In this document: positions 56,032 through 64,000 of the stretch, piece by piece | How the letters are laid out: every line of letters begins with the position of its first letter | Position numbering within the stretch: position 1 is the stretch's first letter | Source: Clostridia bacterium | GTDB lineage: Bacteria; Bacillota; Clostridia; Christensenellales; UBA1242 | Reading direction: 5' to 3' | DNA: 64,000 nucleotides | Assembly: GCA_045638465.1 (NCBI GenBank) | Contig: JAZUBK010000043.1 | Location: 8,416 to 72,415, forward strand | Notes under the pieces: model-generated | Told to the model about the DNA's origin: nothing | What the model saw: only the letters and a program-made list of their open reading frames with translations | Database searches by the model: none | Position numbers and translations under genes: made by a program

Positions 56032-57513
56032 TTATTTCTCTGCATATTTTTTCTCAAAATATTTGATTAATACTTTCTTTGCATTTTCGCTATTTACATA
56101 AGCAAACCATCTAATCTCTGCTATTGGTTTTAAAAGTCCAGTTTTGCTGTCAGTTTCGTTATAAACAACGACTTGGTCGCCCTCTACAAGCCTTGTATAA
56201 GGCGGTTTTGGGTTTGGCGACTTATTTATCAAAGCATATTTACACGAAAGCCCTAGGTCATTGTGAACCTTAAAAGCAAAGTCCAAAACCGTACTATTTT
56301 CTGGAAGGCGTATATGTTCTCCGCTACGGGTTTTTACTGTAATATATCTTTTTGCAATATCACCAATAATGTTGTCATCAATAAGGTCAATCTCTGAACT
56401 ATCAGTTGTTCCGTTACGCATCAAAATATATTGTTCCATAGTCATAGCTGTTATTCTATATTTGATCAAACTACGATCTTGAACAATAAGGTAATGAAGG
56501 CCGTATCTATCGTTCTTTTCGTATCCTATAACCTTTAGGTCGTCATTTAGCACTCCTGCGTCAAACATTTCATATACTAGGTGAAATATATTGTCTTTGG
56601 TATTTCCATTAAAAATAAAGTATAGTTTAACAGTAGGCATACGGTTAAAAGAGTTACGCCTTATGTGTTTGATAGAGTTTATCTCAAGGTGCTTTTTCAT
56701 ACGTTCGCAAAGACTATATAGAGTATCCCTTTCAAAAATGATTTTGCTATAAGAATATTCTTTTTTTGCAAAGTAATTGTTGGCCTTATAGTTTATATTA
56801 TCACAAAGGTCATTAATATGGCTTACACACGAATCAAAATATCTATTGTATCTACCACAAAGGTCGCCATACAACTCTCTATTTAGTATTTTGTAGCACT
56901 CATCTTTTAGGTTGTCATAAAAGTATTTTGATCTCAAAAGATATGCTAGAGGAATTATCCACTTTTGAGTTTCTTTAACCTTTTCTACCTGCTTATATTC
57001 GCTAAAAGTTTCTATCGTGCGAAGGTTGTGTAGTCTATCGGCAAACTTGATATAAAAGGCAAGTTTGTTTTGTTTACCAAAAGATATTAACTTGTTAAAA
57101 GTTTGGTCATCAAGGCTTTCTTTTTTGAAATTTTCATCATAAAAGATATCTTTGATTGAAGTTTCGTTTTCTTCGATTGCGGTTACTGCATCTACAATAT
57201 TTGCAACGTTTTCATCAAAAGCTTCTCTTATCTCAGAAATTGTACAACCACAATCTTCTACTACGTCGTGAAGAAGTGCTGCAGCTATCATTTCGCTGTC
57301 AAAGTCTAGTTCGGCCAAAATCTTTGCTACGGCTACGGGGTGGCTTATGTATGGTGTGCCGTCTTTACGCATTTGGCCATTATGTAATTTTTCGGCAAGG
57401 TTGAAGGCGTTGACAACATTTAGTATACCTGTCGATTCGTTCCTTTTCAAAATCGCAAGTATATCTTCAAAATCTTGCTTATAATCTATCATCTTCATCT
57501 CCATATGAGCCAT
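56032..57513 (-). CDS. RelA/SpoT homolog: intact HD (p)ppGpp-hydrolase domain, degenerate synthetase-like region, TGS domain; no C-terminal ZFD/ACT region
   Basis: 493 aa. HNGQMRKDGTPYISHPVAVA, AALLHDVVED (H82 D83), FADRLHNLRT. TGS-like ITVKTRSGEHIRLPENSTVLDFAF. Start ambiguous (57513, 57504 or 57492). Confidence 0.75.
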   Translation of the reverse strand: MAHMEMKMIDYKQDFEDILAILKRNESTGILNVVNAFNLAEKLHNGQMRKDGTPYISHPVAVAKILAELDFDSEMIAAALLHDVVEDCGCTISEIREAFDENVANIVDAVTAIEENETSIKDIFYDENFKKESLDDQTFNKLISFGKQNKLAFYIKFADRLHNLRTIETFSEYKQVEKVKETQKWIIPLAYLLRSKYFYDNLKDECYKILNRELYGDLCGRYNRYFDSCVSHINDLCDNINYKANNYFAKKEYSYSKIIFERDTLYSLCERMKKHLEINSIKHIRRNSFNRMPTVKLYFIFNGNTKDNIFHLVYEMFDAGVLNDDLKVIGYEKNDRYGLHYLIVQDRSLIKYRITAMTMEQYILMRNGTTDSSEIDLIDDNIIGDIAKRYITVKTRSGEHIRLPENSTVLDFAFKVHNDLGLSCKYALINKSPNPKPPYTRLVEGDQVVVYNETDSKTGLLKPIAEIRWFAYVNSENAKKVLIKYFEKKYAEK

Positions 57514-58477
57514 CCCTTATCATACGGAAGAAACTATCATCTTCGCTATTTGATACCTTTGCAAATCGGAACATATTAGCGTCCAAAGTTTCTTTAACAA
57601 TGTTTTCTAAGCTATCGCTTATGATTCTTTGTTTTTGGAAATCATTAAGGCCGCTTGGGTTATCCATGTCCTCAAGGTATAGATTTTTGAACAAAGTAAT
57701 TAATTGGTTACTTTCGGTTTGAACGTTTACTTCGCTTATATCAAGAGACAATCTTTGGTAAAGTTCTCCGTCTGGTATTTTGAATAACTTTTCGCTCATT
57801 ATAATATATTGAACGCAAGGCATCTTTTCTCTACCACGAGCAACAGAGTTAACTGTTCCTAGTCCACCAATATATTTGTTATTGCTAGGTGGGTTGTTTA
57901 AAATAATCAAACAATGGTCTTCTTCTAGATTGTTTTTCATTAAAATAAATATTTGAGCGGCAGAAGATTCCAAAGTTCCAGTATACTTTAGCTCTTGCTC
58001 CATATAATAATCAACTTTTTGCTTTTCGCTCTTTAGCATAGATAGGTATTTAAAAGTTTCTTCCATTTCTTTTCTGCTATCAAAAAACTTAGCAAAAACT
58101 TTCAATCCATCTTTTTCTTTACCTTCGCCAAGAATAGAGATAATACCATATCTTAGGATATTGGTTGATCTGTGCACTCTACCTTTGTAAACGTTGGTGT
58201 CATAATAATATAGTGCGTACTCTCCCACAAATCTAGTGTCGGCTTTTGTTAGTTCTCTCTTTTCGGTAGGGGTGATAGGCCCTGTCAAAAACTTATCTAT
58301 ATCAATGCCATACGCCCTTTTTAATTTCAAAAGAAAACTAGCAGATGGGTCGCTGTTTTTGTTTAGATAATTGTTTACTGACGCAGGAGAAACCCCCGTA
58401 TCTTCAGCAATCTTCTTTTGGCTATATTTATCTGCCAAAACTTTTAGATTCGATGTAAAGTAATTTAGTTCGCTCAT
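57479..58477 (-). CDS. XRE-family HTH protein with ~260-aa unknown C-terminal domain
   Basis: 332 aa. RBS AAGGAGA. KKIAEDTGVSPASVNNYLNKNSDPSASFLLKLKRAYG is an HTH. Overlaps the downstream RSH gene. Confidence 0.7.
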   Translation of the reverse strand: MSELNYFTSNLKVLADKYSQKKIAEDTGVSPASVNNYLNKNSDPSASFLLKLKRAYGIDIDKFLTGPITPTEKRELTKADTRFVGEYALYYYDTNVYKGRVHRSTNILRYGIISILGEGKEKDGLKVFAKFFDSRKEMEETFKYLSMLKSEKQKVDYYMEQELKYTGTLESSAAQIFILMKNNLEEDHCLIILNNPPSNNKYIGGLGTVNSVARGREKMPCVQYIIMSEKLFKIPDGELYQRLSLDISEVNVQTESNQLITLFKNLYLEDMDNPSGLNDFQKQRIISDSLENIVKETLDANMFRFAKVSNSEDDSFFRMIRDGSYGDEDDRL

Positions 58478-58501
58478 ATATTTATCTCCTTTTATGATGT
58501 T

Positions 58502-58531
58502 ATTTTACACGACCAAAACCCACTTTGGCAA
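58502..58531 (-). promoter_or_regulatory. Putative promoter of the HTH-RSH bicistron
   Basis: Minus strand TTGCCA (58531-58526), 18-nt spacer, TAAAAT (58507-58502). The spacer contains the inverted repeat CCAAA-N6-TTTGG (58513-58528). Confidence 0.4.
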
Positions 58532-58651
58532 TTAAAAAAACCTAAAAATGATTAAAAATACTAAATTAATTAAAAATTATAAATTTCTTTTTTATTTATA
58601 TAAAGCGACAACAAAATAAAAGATTTAGATGAGCTTGTAAATGTTGAAATT

Positions 58652-58688
58652 AAAAAATCCAAATTGCAATTTGCAATCTGGATTTTTT
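58652..58688 (-). terminator. Intrinsic terminator downstream of the 295-aa membrane protein gene
   Basis: Stem atcca+attgca / tgcaat+tggat, flanked by an A-run and a T-run. Confidence 0.65.
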
Positions 58689-58701
58689 AGTATAATACAA
58701 A

Positions 58702-59589
58702 TTATTTTTTTGTAGACTTTTTGGTTTTCTTTGCAGGTGTCTTTATTGTTGGATTGTCAATCTCAACAACTTTCATTTTGTTATCACAAAGACCATACTT
58801 AACCTCTGTTATAATATTGTCAATTTCTGCTAACATTTCAACAACGACATCTCCGCCCGGAACTGTGATTTCTACAACAGAACGGTCTTTGCCAAAAACT
58901 ATGCTACCTATTGGTTGAATCTCTTGATATGGCTTGATATAAAACTCCAATGTCACAGCAAAAGCTTTTTGGCTAATTACTTCTTCTACAACTTCTCTTT
59001 TGATAAAAATAATTGAAACGCCTAATGCAATAGCAGCCAAAATATATCCATATTTGAAAGCCGCTCCGGGACCACCCGCTATAACTGGCCCAATTAATGC
59101 TCCTAAGATCATAACCGCAGCAAATGCCCAAAGACCAAAAGCCCAAATAGAAATATTCAATTTGCCTTGAGTTTTTTTATCTGTTTTTTTCTTAACTGTA
59201 TAACCAACCCCTTGGACATCTTCAATGTTTCTTGAAATTTTATTTATTCTACTTCCGTCATCAGAAAGCAAAATAAGCCTTTTATCGGTTATTATAATCT
59301 CTGTTTCTTTTTTCTTTTGGTCGCCAGAATCATTATCGTCATAAAGCTCTGTAAAAGCCCATTTCTTTTTGATTGTTTCGCCTGAAGCTACTTTATTATA
59401 GTAAGATAATGACATATAATCATCTTCAACTATTTCACCATTTTTGTTTTTAGCCTCAGATTTATCATCAGAAGTTGTAAGTTTTACTTTGCGCTTTTCA
59501 GCTAAAGAATCTTCTTTATCATCATCTAAATCTACATCTACTTCTTCAAGTTCTTCATCCTCTTCTATCTTATCATATTTTTTTGCCAT
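58702..59589 (-). CDS. Membrane protein: acidic N-terminus, PH/GRAM-like segment, 2 TM, C-terminal domain, Lys-rich end
   Basis: 295 aa. RBS AAGGAGA. IIITDKRLILLSDDGS, TMs ISIWAFGLWAFAAVMILGALIG and YILAAIALGVSIIFI. Confidence 0.55.
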   Translation of the reverse strand: MAKKYDKIEEDEELEEVDVDLDDDKEDSLAEKRKVKLTTSDDKSEAKNKNGEIVEDDYMSLSYYNKVASGETIKKKWAFTELYDDNDSGDQKKKETEIIITDKRLILLSDDGSRINKISRNIEDVQGVGYTVKKKTDKKTQGKLNISIWAFGLWAFAAVMILGALIGPVIAGGPGAAFKYGYILAAIALGVSIIFIKREVVEEVISQKAFAVTLEFYIKPYQEIQPIGSIVFGKDRSVVEITVPGGDVVVEMLAEIDNIITEVKYGLCDNKMKVVEIDNPTIKTPAKKTKKSTKK

Positions 59590-59735
59590 AGTTTTCTCCT
59601 TTTATTACAAATAATTGTAACATTAAACTTAGAATAAGACAATAAAAAACACATAGCTTTTGCTATGTGTTTATATATGTTTATTGTTTATAAAAGATTT
59701 TTTGTCGCTTGTTTTTGCGATATGTTTGTTTAGAG

Positions 59736-61169
59736 TTATTTGTTTAGTTCCTCTAGTTTTTTGATAATGATTGGTTTGATAAAATCAATCTTTGCAGTGC
59801 CTTTTGTGGCTCTCATTGTTTGACCAATAAAGAAGTTCATTACTTTTTCTGGCTCGTCTTTGTAATCAGGTACTGCTTTTGCATTTTGAGTAAATACCTC
59901 TTCGATAGTTTTTGTTAGGCTGTCTGCGTCAAATGTAACTATCATACCAGATTCTTTTGCAGTTTTACGTGCGTCTTTATCAGAAAAAGCCACCATTTCA
60001 AATAGTTCTTTGCCATTGACACGGGTGATAGTTTTGTCTTCTACCATAGTCATAATATCAACTAGGTTGCTAGAAGATATAACGTCGTTTAGGTCTTCTG
60101 ATGGTTTTTCTTTTAGTTTTCTAAGCACTTCGGTCATAACCCAGTTTGAAACGACTTTTGGGTTATCAAAACCTTTCAAGCACTCTTCAAAATATTGTGA
60201 AATGTAATATTCTGAAGTAAGGATTTTGCTATCGTACTCAGGAAGTCCCAAAGTTTCTACATAATATACTTGTCTTTCTGGTGCAAGTCTAGGAATTTCT
60301 TTGCGGATATTTTCTACGATATCTTGACCGATTGCCACAGACAAAATGTCAGGGTCTGGGAAATATCTATAGTCTTGGGCTTCTTCTTTGCTACGCATAG
60401 TAAGGCTCTTGTTGTGGTTGTCGTCCCATTTACGAGTTTGTTGTTTGATAACTCCGCCTTCGTTTAGAACGTCCATTTGTCTTTGAGCTTCGTATGTGAT
60501 TGCTCTATGAACCATTTTAAATGAGTTTAGGTTTTTCATCTCAGTACGAGTTCCAAATTTTTCGCTACCTTTTGGTTTGATAGAAAGGTTAACGTCACAT
60601 CTCATACCGCCTTGCTCCATACGACAATCAGCGATTTGACCAAAGACAAGGTTTGAACGAAGTTTTGTCATAAACTCTACTGCTTCTTCTGCAGAAGAGA
60701 TGTCTGGCTCTGTAACTATCTCAATAAGTGGTACGCCGCCACGGTTGTAGTCGATAAGTGTTCCGACTGCGCTATTTACGTGGATAAGCTTACCAGCGTC
60801 TTCTTCTAGGTGGATACGGTTAAGTCTGATAAACTTACCGCTATCTAGTCTTATTCCGCCGCCTAGACAAATTGGTTTTTGAAGTTGGCTGATTTGGTAT
60901 GCTTTGCAAAGGTCAGGATAGAAGTAGTTTTTTCTTTCAAAAACTGCAACTGGTGAAATTTCGCAACCCATACAAAGACCAGCTTTTACAGTAAGTTCTA
61001 CTGCTCTTTTGTTAATAACAGGAAGTGTTCCTGGAAGACCAATACAAACAGGGCAAACATTGGTGTTAGGCTCTGAACCAAAAGCATTTTTGCAACTACA
61101 AAAAACTTTTGTGTTAGTTTTTAGTTCGGCGTGAATCTCAAGGCCGATAACTACATCATAATCCTTCAT
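59736..61169 (-). CDS. gatB: Asp/Glu-tRNA amidotransferase subunit B
   Basis: 477 aa. VIGLEIHAEL, NTNVCPVCIGLPGTLP, RMEQGGMRCDVNLS. Confidence 0.9.
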   Translation of the reverse strand: MKDYDVVIGLEIHAELKTNTKVFCSCKNAFGSEPNTNVCPVCIGLPGTLPVINKRAVELTVKAGLCMGCEISPVAVFERKNYFYPDLCKAYQISQLQKPICLGGGIRLDSGKFIRLNRIHLEEDAGKLIHVNSAVGTLIDYNRGGVPLIEIVTEPDISSAEEAVEFMTKLRSNLVFGQIADCRMEQGGMRCDVNLSIKPKGSEKFGTRTEMKNLNSFKMVHRAITYEAQRQMDVLNEGGVIKQQTRKWDDNHNKSLTMRSKEEAQDYRYFPDPDILSVAIGQDIVENIRKEIPRLAPERQVYYVETLGLPEYDSKILTSEYYISQYFEECLKGFDNPKVVSNWVMTEVLRKLKEKPSEDLNDVISSSNLVDIMTMVEDKTITRVNGKELFEMVAFSDKDARKTAKESGMIVTFDADSLTKTIEEVFTQNAKAVPDYKDEPEKVMNFFIGQTMRATKGTAKIDFIKPIIIKKLEELNK

Positions 61170-62596
61170 TATTTGCTCTCCTTGTAATTTTTGTGAATAT
61201 AACTTGCTATGTCAAATACTGTTTGTTCATCAAACTTTTTGCCGATAACTTGCATACCAAGTGGAAGACCATTTTTGCCTGTGCTATAAGGAATATTAAT
61301 AGCAGGTACACCAACTAAGTTTGAGATGATAGTAAACATATCTTCTGCATACATAGCTGTTGGGTCTTTTTTAGAATTTACTGCAAATGCTTCGCCAAAA
61401 GTTGTTGGCATAATGATAGCGTCTACCATTTCAAAAGCTTTTGCAAATTCTCTAGTTAAAGCTTGTTGAATTCTTTTTGCTTTTACATAATAAGCATCGT
61501 AGTACCCAGAAGATAATACGAAGTTTCCTAGCATAATTCTTCTTTTTACTTCTTTGCCAAAACCTTCTGTACGGCTCATTTCATACACATCACCGATAAC
61601 CTTTGCGTCTGGGCTACGTCTTGTGTATTTTACGCCGTCAAATCTACCCAAGTTTGAAGTTGCTTCTGCTGGGGCGATTATATAATAGATAGGTAGTGAA
61701 ATTTCATAACCTTTGATGTCAATAGTTTTTACTATAGCACCTTGGCTCTCTATCCATCTAACTAGTCTGTCAAAATTTGCTTTGTATTCGCAAGATTCTA
61801 GTAGTTTGTCAATTTCGGCTACAACACCAATAGTTTTGCCATCTAGAGCAGGTTTAATATCTTTTAGATAACTACCTACTGGCTCATGGCTACAAGTAGT
61901 ATCGTTGATATCTTCGCCTGACATTATTTCCATAAGTAGTGCTGCATCTTCTACGGTATGAGTAATAGGTCCGATTTGGTCAAGAGAACTTGCAAACGCA
62001 ATAAGACCATATCTTGATACCCTACCGTAACTACCTTTGATACCAACAACGCCATTTAGTGATGCTGGTTGTCTGATAGAACCACCTGTATCGCTACCTA
62101 GAGCCGCTGCGCACATATCTAGTGCCACTGCCGCTGCGCTACCGCCAGAACTACCACCAGCAACTTTGCCATCGTCAAAAGCGTTTAGGCCTGGGCCATA
62201 TGCTGAGTTTTCGCAGCTACTACCCATAGCAAACTCGTCCATATTTGCTCTACCGATAATTACTGCATCTTCGTCAAGAAGTCTTTGTACTGCAGTTGCG
62301 GTATATTGTGCTTTGTGATTTTCTAGAAACTTTGATGCACAAGAGGCAATCTTGCCCTCGTACATAATGTTGTCTTTGAGCAAAATTGGTACACCAGCAA
62401 GGCGACCTACTTTTTCGCCTTTAGCAATCTTTTCGTCGATTTCTTTTGCCCTATCTAGTGCGTCTTCAAATTTTTCTAATATAGCCATTTTGTGGCTGTA
62501 TTTGTCCATATTTGCAAAGTAATATTTTACAAGTTCAACGCATGATTGTTTACCTGCTTTTATATCCTTTGCGATATCTATTAAACTTTTTGCCAT
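61169..62596 (-). CDS. gatA: Asp/Glu-tRNA amidotransferase subunit A
   Basis: ORF 61169..62626. Preferred start is ATG 62596 (TAATG overlap with gatC). Amidase signature GGSSGGSAAAVA, GSDTGGSIRQPA. Confidence 0.9.
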   Translation of the reverse strand: MAKSLIDIAKDIKAGKQSCVELVKYYFANMDKYSHKMAILEKFEDALDRAKEIDEKIAKGEKVGRLAGVPILLKDNIMYEGKIASCASKFLENHKAQYTATAVQRLLDEDAVIIGRANMDEFAMGSSCENSAYGPGLNAFDDGKVAGGSSGGSAAAVALDMCAAALGSDTGGSIRQPASLNGVVGIKGSYGRVSRYGLIAFASSLDQIGPITHTVEDAALLMEIMSGEDINDTTCSHEPVGSYLKDIKPALDGKTIGVVAEIDKLLESCEYKANFDRLVRWIESQGAIVKTIDIKGYEISLPIYYIIAPAEATSNLGRFDGVKYTRRSPDAKVIGDVYEMSRTEGFGKEVKRRIMLGNFVLSSGYYDAYYVKAKRIQQALTREFAKAFEMVDAIIMPTTFGEAFAVNSKKDPTAMYAEDMFTIISNLVGVPAINIPYSTGKNGLPLGMQVIGKKFDEQTVFDIASYIHKNYKESK

Positions 62597-62886
62597 TATT
62601 CTACTACCCTTGGTACGTTGAAGCACCCCTTTCTTTGTTTTGGAGCGTTGATCAAAGCCTTTTCTTGAGACATAGAAGGTCTGATCTCGTCTTCTCTTAG
62701 TTCTGTGATAGGCACGATATTATCAAAGATATATTCGCCATCAACTTCAAAACTTTCGATTTGGTTAATCATATCTAGAGTATTGTTAAACTCTGGCAAG
62801 AAGTTTTCTAATTCTTCGTCGCTAAATTTTAGTGCAGACAAATCTGCCAAGTGCTTTATATCGTCAATTGTTAATTTTTTACTCAT
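62596..62886 (-). CDS. gatC: Asp/Glu-tRNA amidotransferase subunit C
   Basis: ORF 62596..62970. Preferred start is ATG 62886 (MSKKLTIDDIKHLADLSALKFSDEE..., RBS AAAGGA). 96 aa. Confidence 0.85.
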   Translation of the reverse strand: MSKKLTIDDIKHLADLSALKFSDEELENFLPEFNNTLDMINQIESFEVDGEYIFDNIVPITELREDEIRPSMSQEKALINAPKQRKGCFNVPRVVE

Positions 62887-62905
62887 GATAAAATCCTTTC
62901 TTTTA

Positions 62906-64000
62906 TTATGGTCTGATTCTGTCTGGACCACGGAAGATAAACATTGCTTCTCTAAGGTTAGGAAGGTCAAGAAGTAACATTGTTAATCTGTCGATACCCA
63001 TACCAAAACCACCGTGTGGAGGACAACCATATTTAAAGAAGTCAATATATGATTCTCTCATAGTATCTGGGTCGATACCTTTTTCTCTAATTTGAGCTTC
63101 TAGCACGTCAGCTCTATGCTCTCTTTGAGCACCACTTGTGATTTCTACGTCTTTGTAGTATAGGTCGTATGTCTTTGTGTACATTGGGTCATCTTCTTTC
63201 TTCATAGAATAGAAAGGTCTAACGCCTGTTGGATATTCTTTTACAAAGAAGAATTGGTGACCGTTTTTCTTCATCATATATTCGCAAAGTAGTCTTTCGG
63301 CTTCTCTGTCTAGGTCATCGCCTTCTTCTAGTGGATAATCGCACTCTTCGTCTAAGATTTTGTAAGCTTCTTTCATAGTAATACGTGGGAAAGGAAGTGT
63401 AGGAACTACAACATCAACGCCTAGTTCTTCTTTTACTCTGTCGCCTAGCTTTTCGGCTACTAGTTTGATACCAGCATGGATAAGTTCTTCTTCTACTTTC
63501 ATAACGTCTTCAACGTCAGTAACTCCTGCAAATTCTAGGTCAAAGCCAGTAAACTCTGTAGCGTGTTGTTTTGTGTGTGAGTTTTCTGCTCTGTATACTG
63601 GAGTTCCGATAAATACTTTTTCAAAGCCACCAGCGATAGCCATTTGTTTGTAAAATTGTGGGCTTTGGATAAGGTATGCTTTACGCTCAAAGTATTTTAC
63701 TTCAAATACACCTGCACCACTTTCACTTTCGTTACCGCTGATTGTTGGGCAGTGAACTTCGATAAAGCCATTGTCGTAGCAGTAATCTCTCATACCTTTC
63801 ATCAAAGCTGTTTGAACTTCGAATACAAGACGTTTTTTGCTATCTCTTAGGTCGATCCAACGATAGTCTAGTCTTTGGTCGATTGAGCTTTCACTGTCAA
63901 TTGGTGAAATTTCTGCTTTGCTTTGTACAACAACTTCTGTAGGCAATATTTCTTTTCCGCCTAGTTTTACCCATTGGTTTTCTACAAGCTCACCACAAAC
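62906..64000 (-). CDS. aspS: Aspartyl-tRNA synthetase, archaeal/type-2 (probably non-discriminating), N-terminus off the right edge
   Basis: The frame stays open upstream of the listed Met to position 64000 (…VENQWVKLGGKEILPTEVV…). Class II motifs QSPQFYKQ, FRAENS, GMGIDRLTMLLL..FRGPDRIRP. Directly upstream of gatCAB. Confidence 0.8.
   Translation of the reverse strand, partial: VCGELVENQWVKLGGKEILPTEVVVQSKAEISPIDSESSIDQRLDYRWIDLRDSKKRLVFEVQTALMKGMRDYCYDNGFIEVHCPTISGNESESGAGVFEVKYFERKAYLIQSPQFYKQMAIAGGFEKVFIGTPVYRAENSHTKQHATEFTGFDLEFAGVTDVEDVMKVEEELIHAGIKLVAEKLGDRVKEELGVDVVVPTLPFPRITMKEAYKILDEECDYPLEEGDDLDREAERLLCEYMMKKNGHQFFFVKEYPTGVRPFYSMKKEDDPMYTKTYDLYYKDVEITSGAQREHRADVLEAQIREKGIDPDTMRESYIDFFKYGCPPHGGFGMGIDRLTMLLLDLPNLREAMFIFRGPDRIRP

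Noticed and set aside
1-64000. CRISPR arrays, rRNA genes, prophage or integrative-element hallmarks
   Set aside because: I scanned for regularly spaced direct repeats of 25-40 bp, rRNA-like conserved blocks, and integrase, recombinase, terminase or capsid-like ORFs. None was found. The only regular repeats are the in-frame coding repeats at 1-1500 and the 11-mer pair at 47145-47166.

Overview
AT-rich, gene-dense chromosomal segment with about 50 CDS and one tRNA, from a low-GC and apparently monoderm anaerobe. Gene content points to Bacillota (a Clostridia- or Mollicutes-like gut lineage), but that is a guess. Recognisable housekeeping and metabolic genes: a three-gene FAD glycerol-3-P dehydrogenase set (FAD/BFD subunit, NAD(P)/FAD subunit, DUF1667) divergent from glpK plus a lipase-like hydrolase; class III ribonucleotide reductase nrdDG behind tandem NrdR boxes; pyruvate kinase; M18 aminopeptidase; an MsbA-like ABC exporter; a split chromate-transporter pair; an OmpR/HisKA two-component system; a KdgK-like sugar kinase; tRNA-Arg(CCU); and an archaeal-type aspS-gatCAB operon at the right edge. 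The window is also rich in large secreted or anchored proteins (InlB-B/Flg_new repeat protein, DUF5011 Ig-like protein, LRR protein, two lipobox beta-helix-like lipoproteins, and a 2,220-aa giant). I saw no rRNA, CRISPR array, prophage or intact IS. Best candidates for something undescribed: (1) a self-contained operon at 47.1-55.9 kb encoding a catalytically dead Y1/HUH-transposase-like HTH protein, a Lys-rich anchored protein and a 2,220-aa anchored giant built from about 195-aa periodic modules, preceded by a structured C-rich non-coding region; (2) a terminator-bounded bicistron at 56.0-58.5 kb pairing an XRE-HTH protein with a truncated RelA/SpoT homolog (intact hydrolase, degenerate synthetase, TGS); (3) a TetR regulator with a 105-aa acidic tail carrying Tyr about every fifth residue. 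All functional calls come from motif recognition by eye and need database and structure confirmation.
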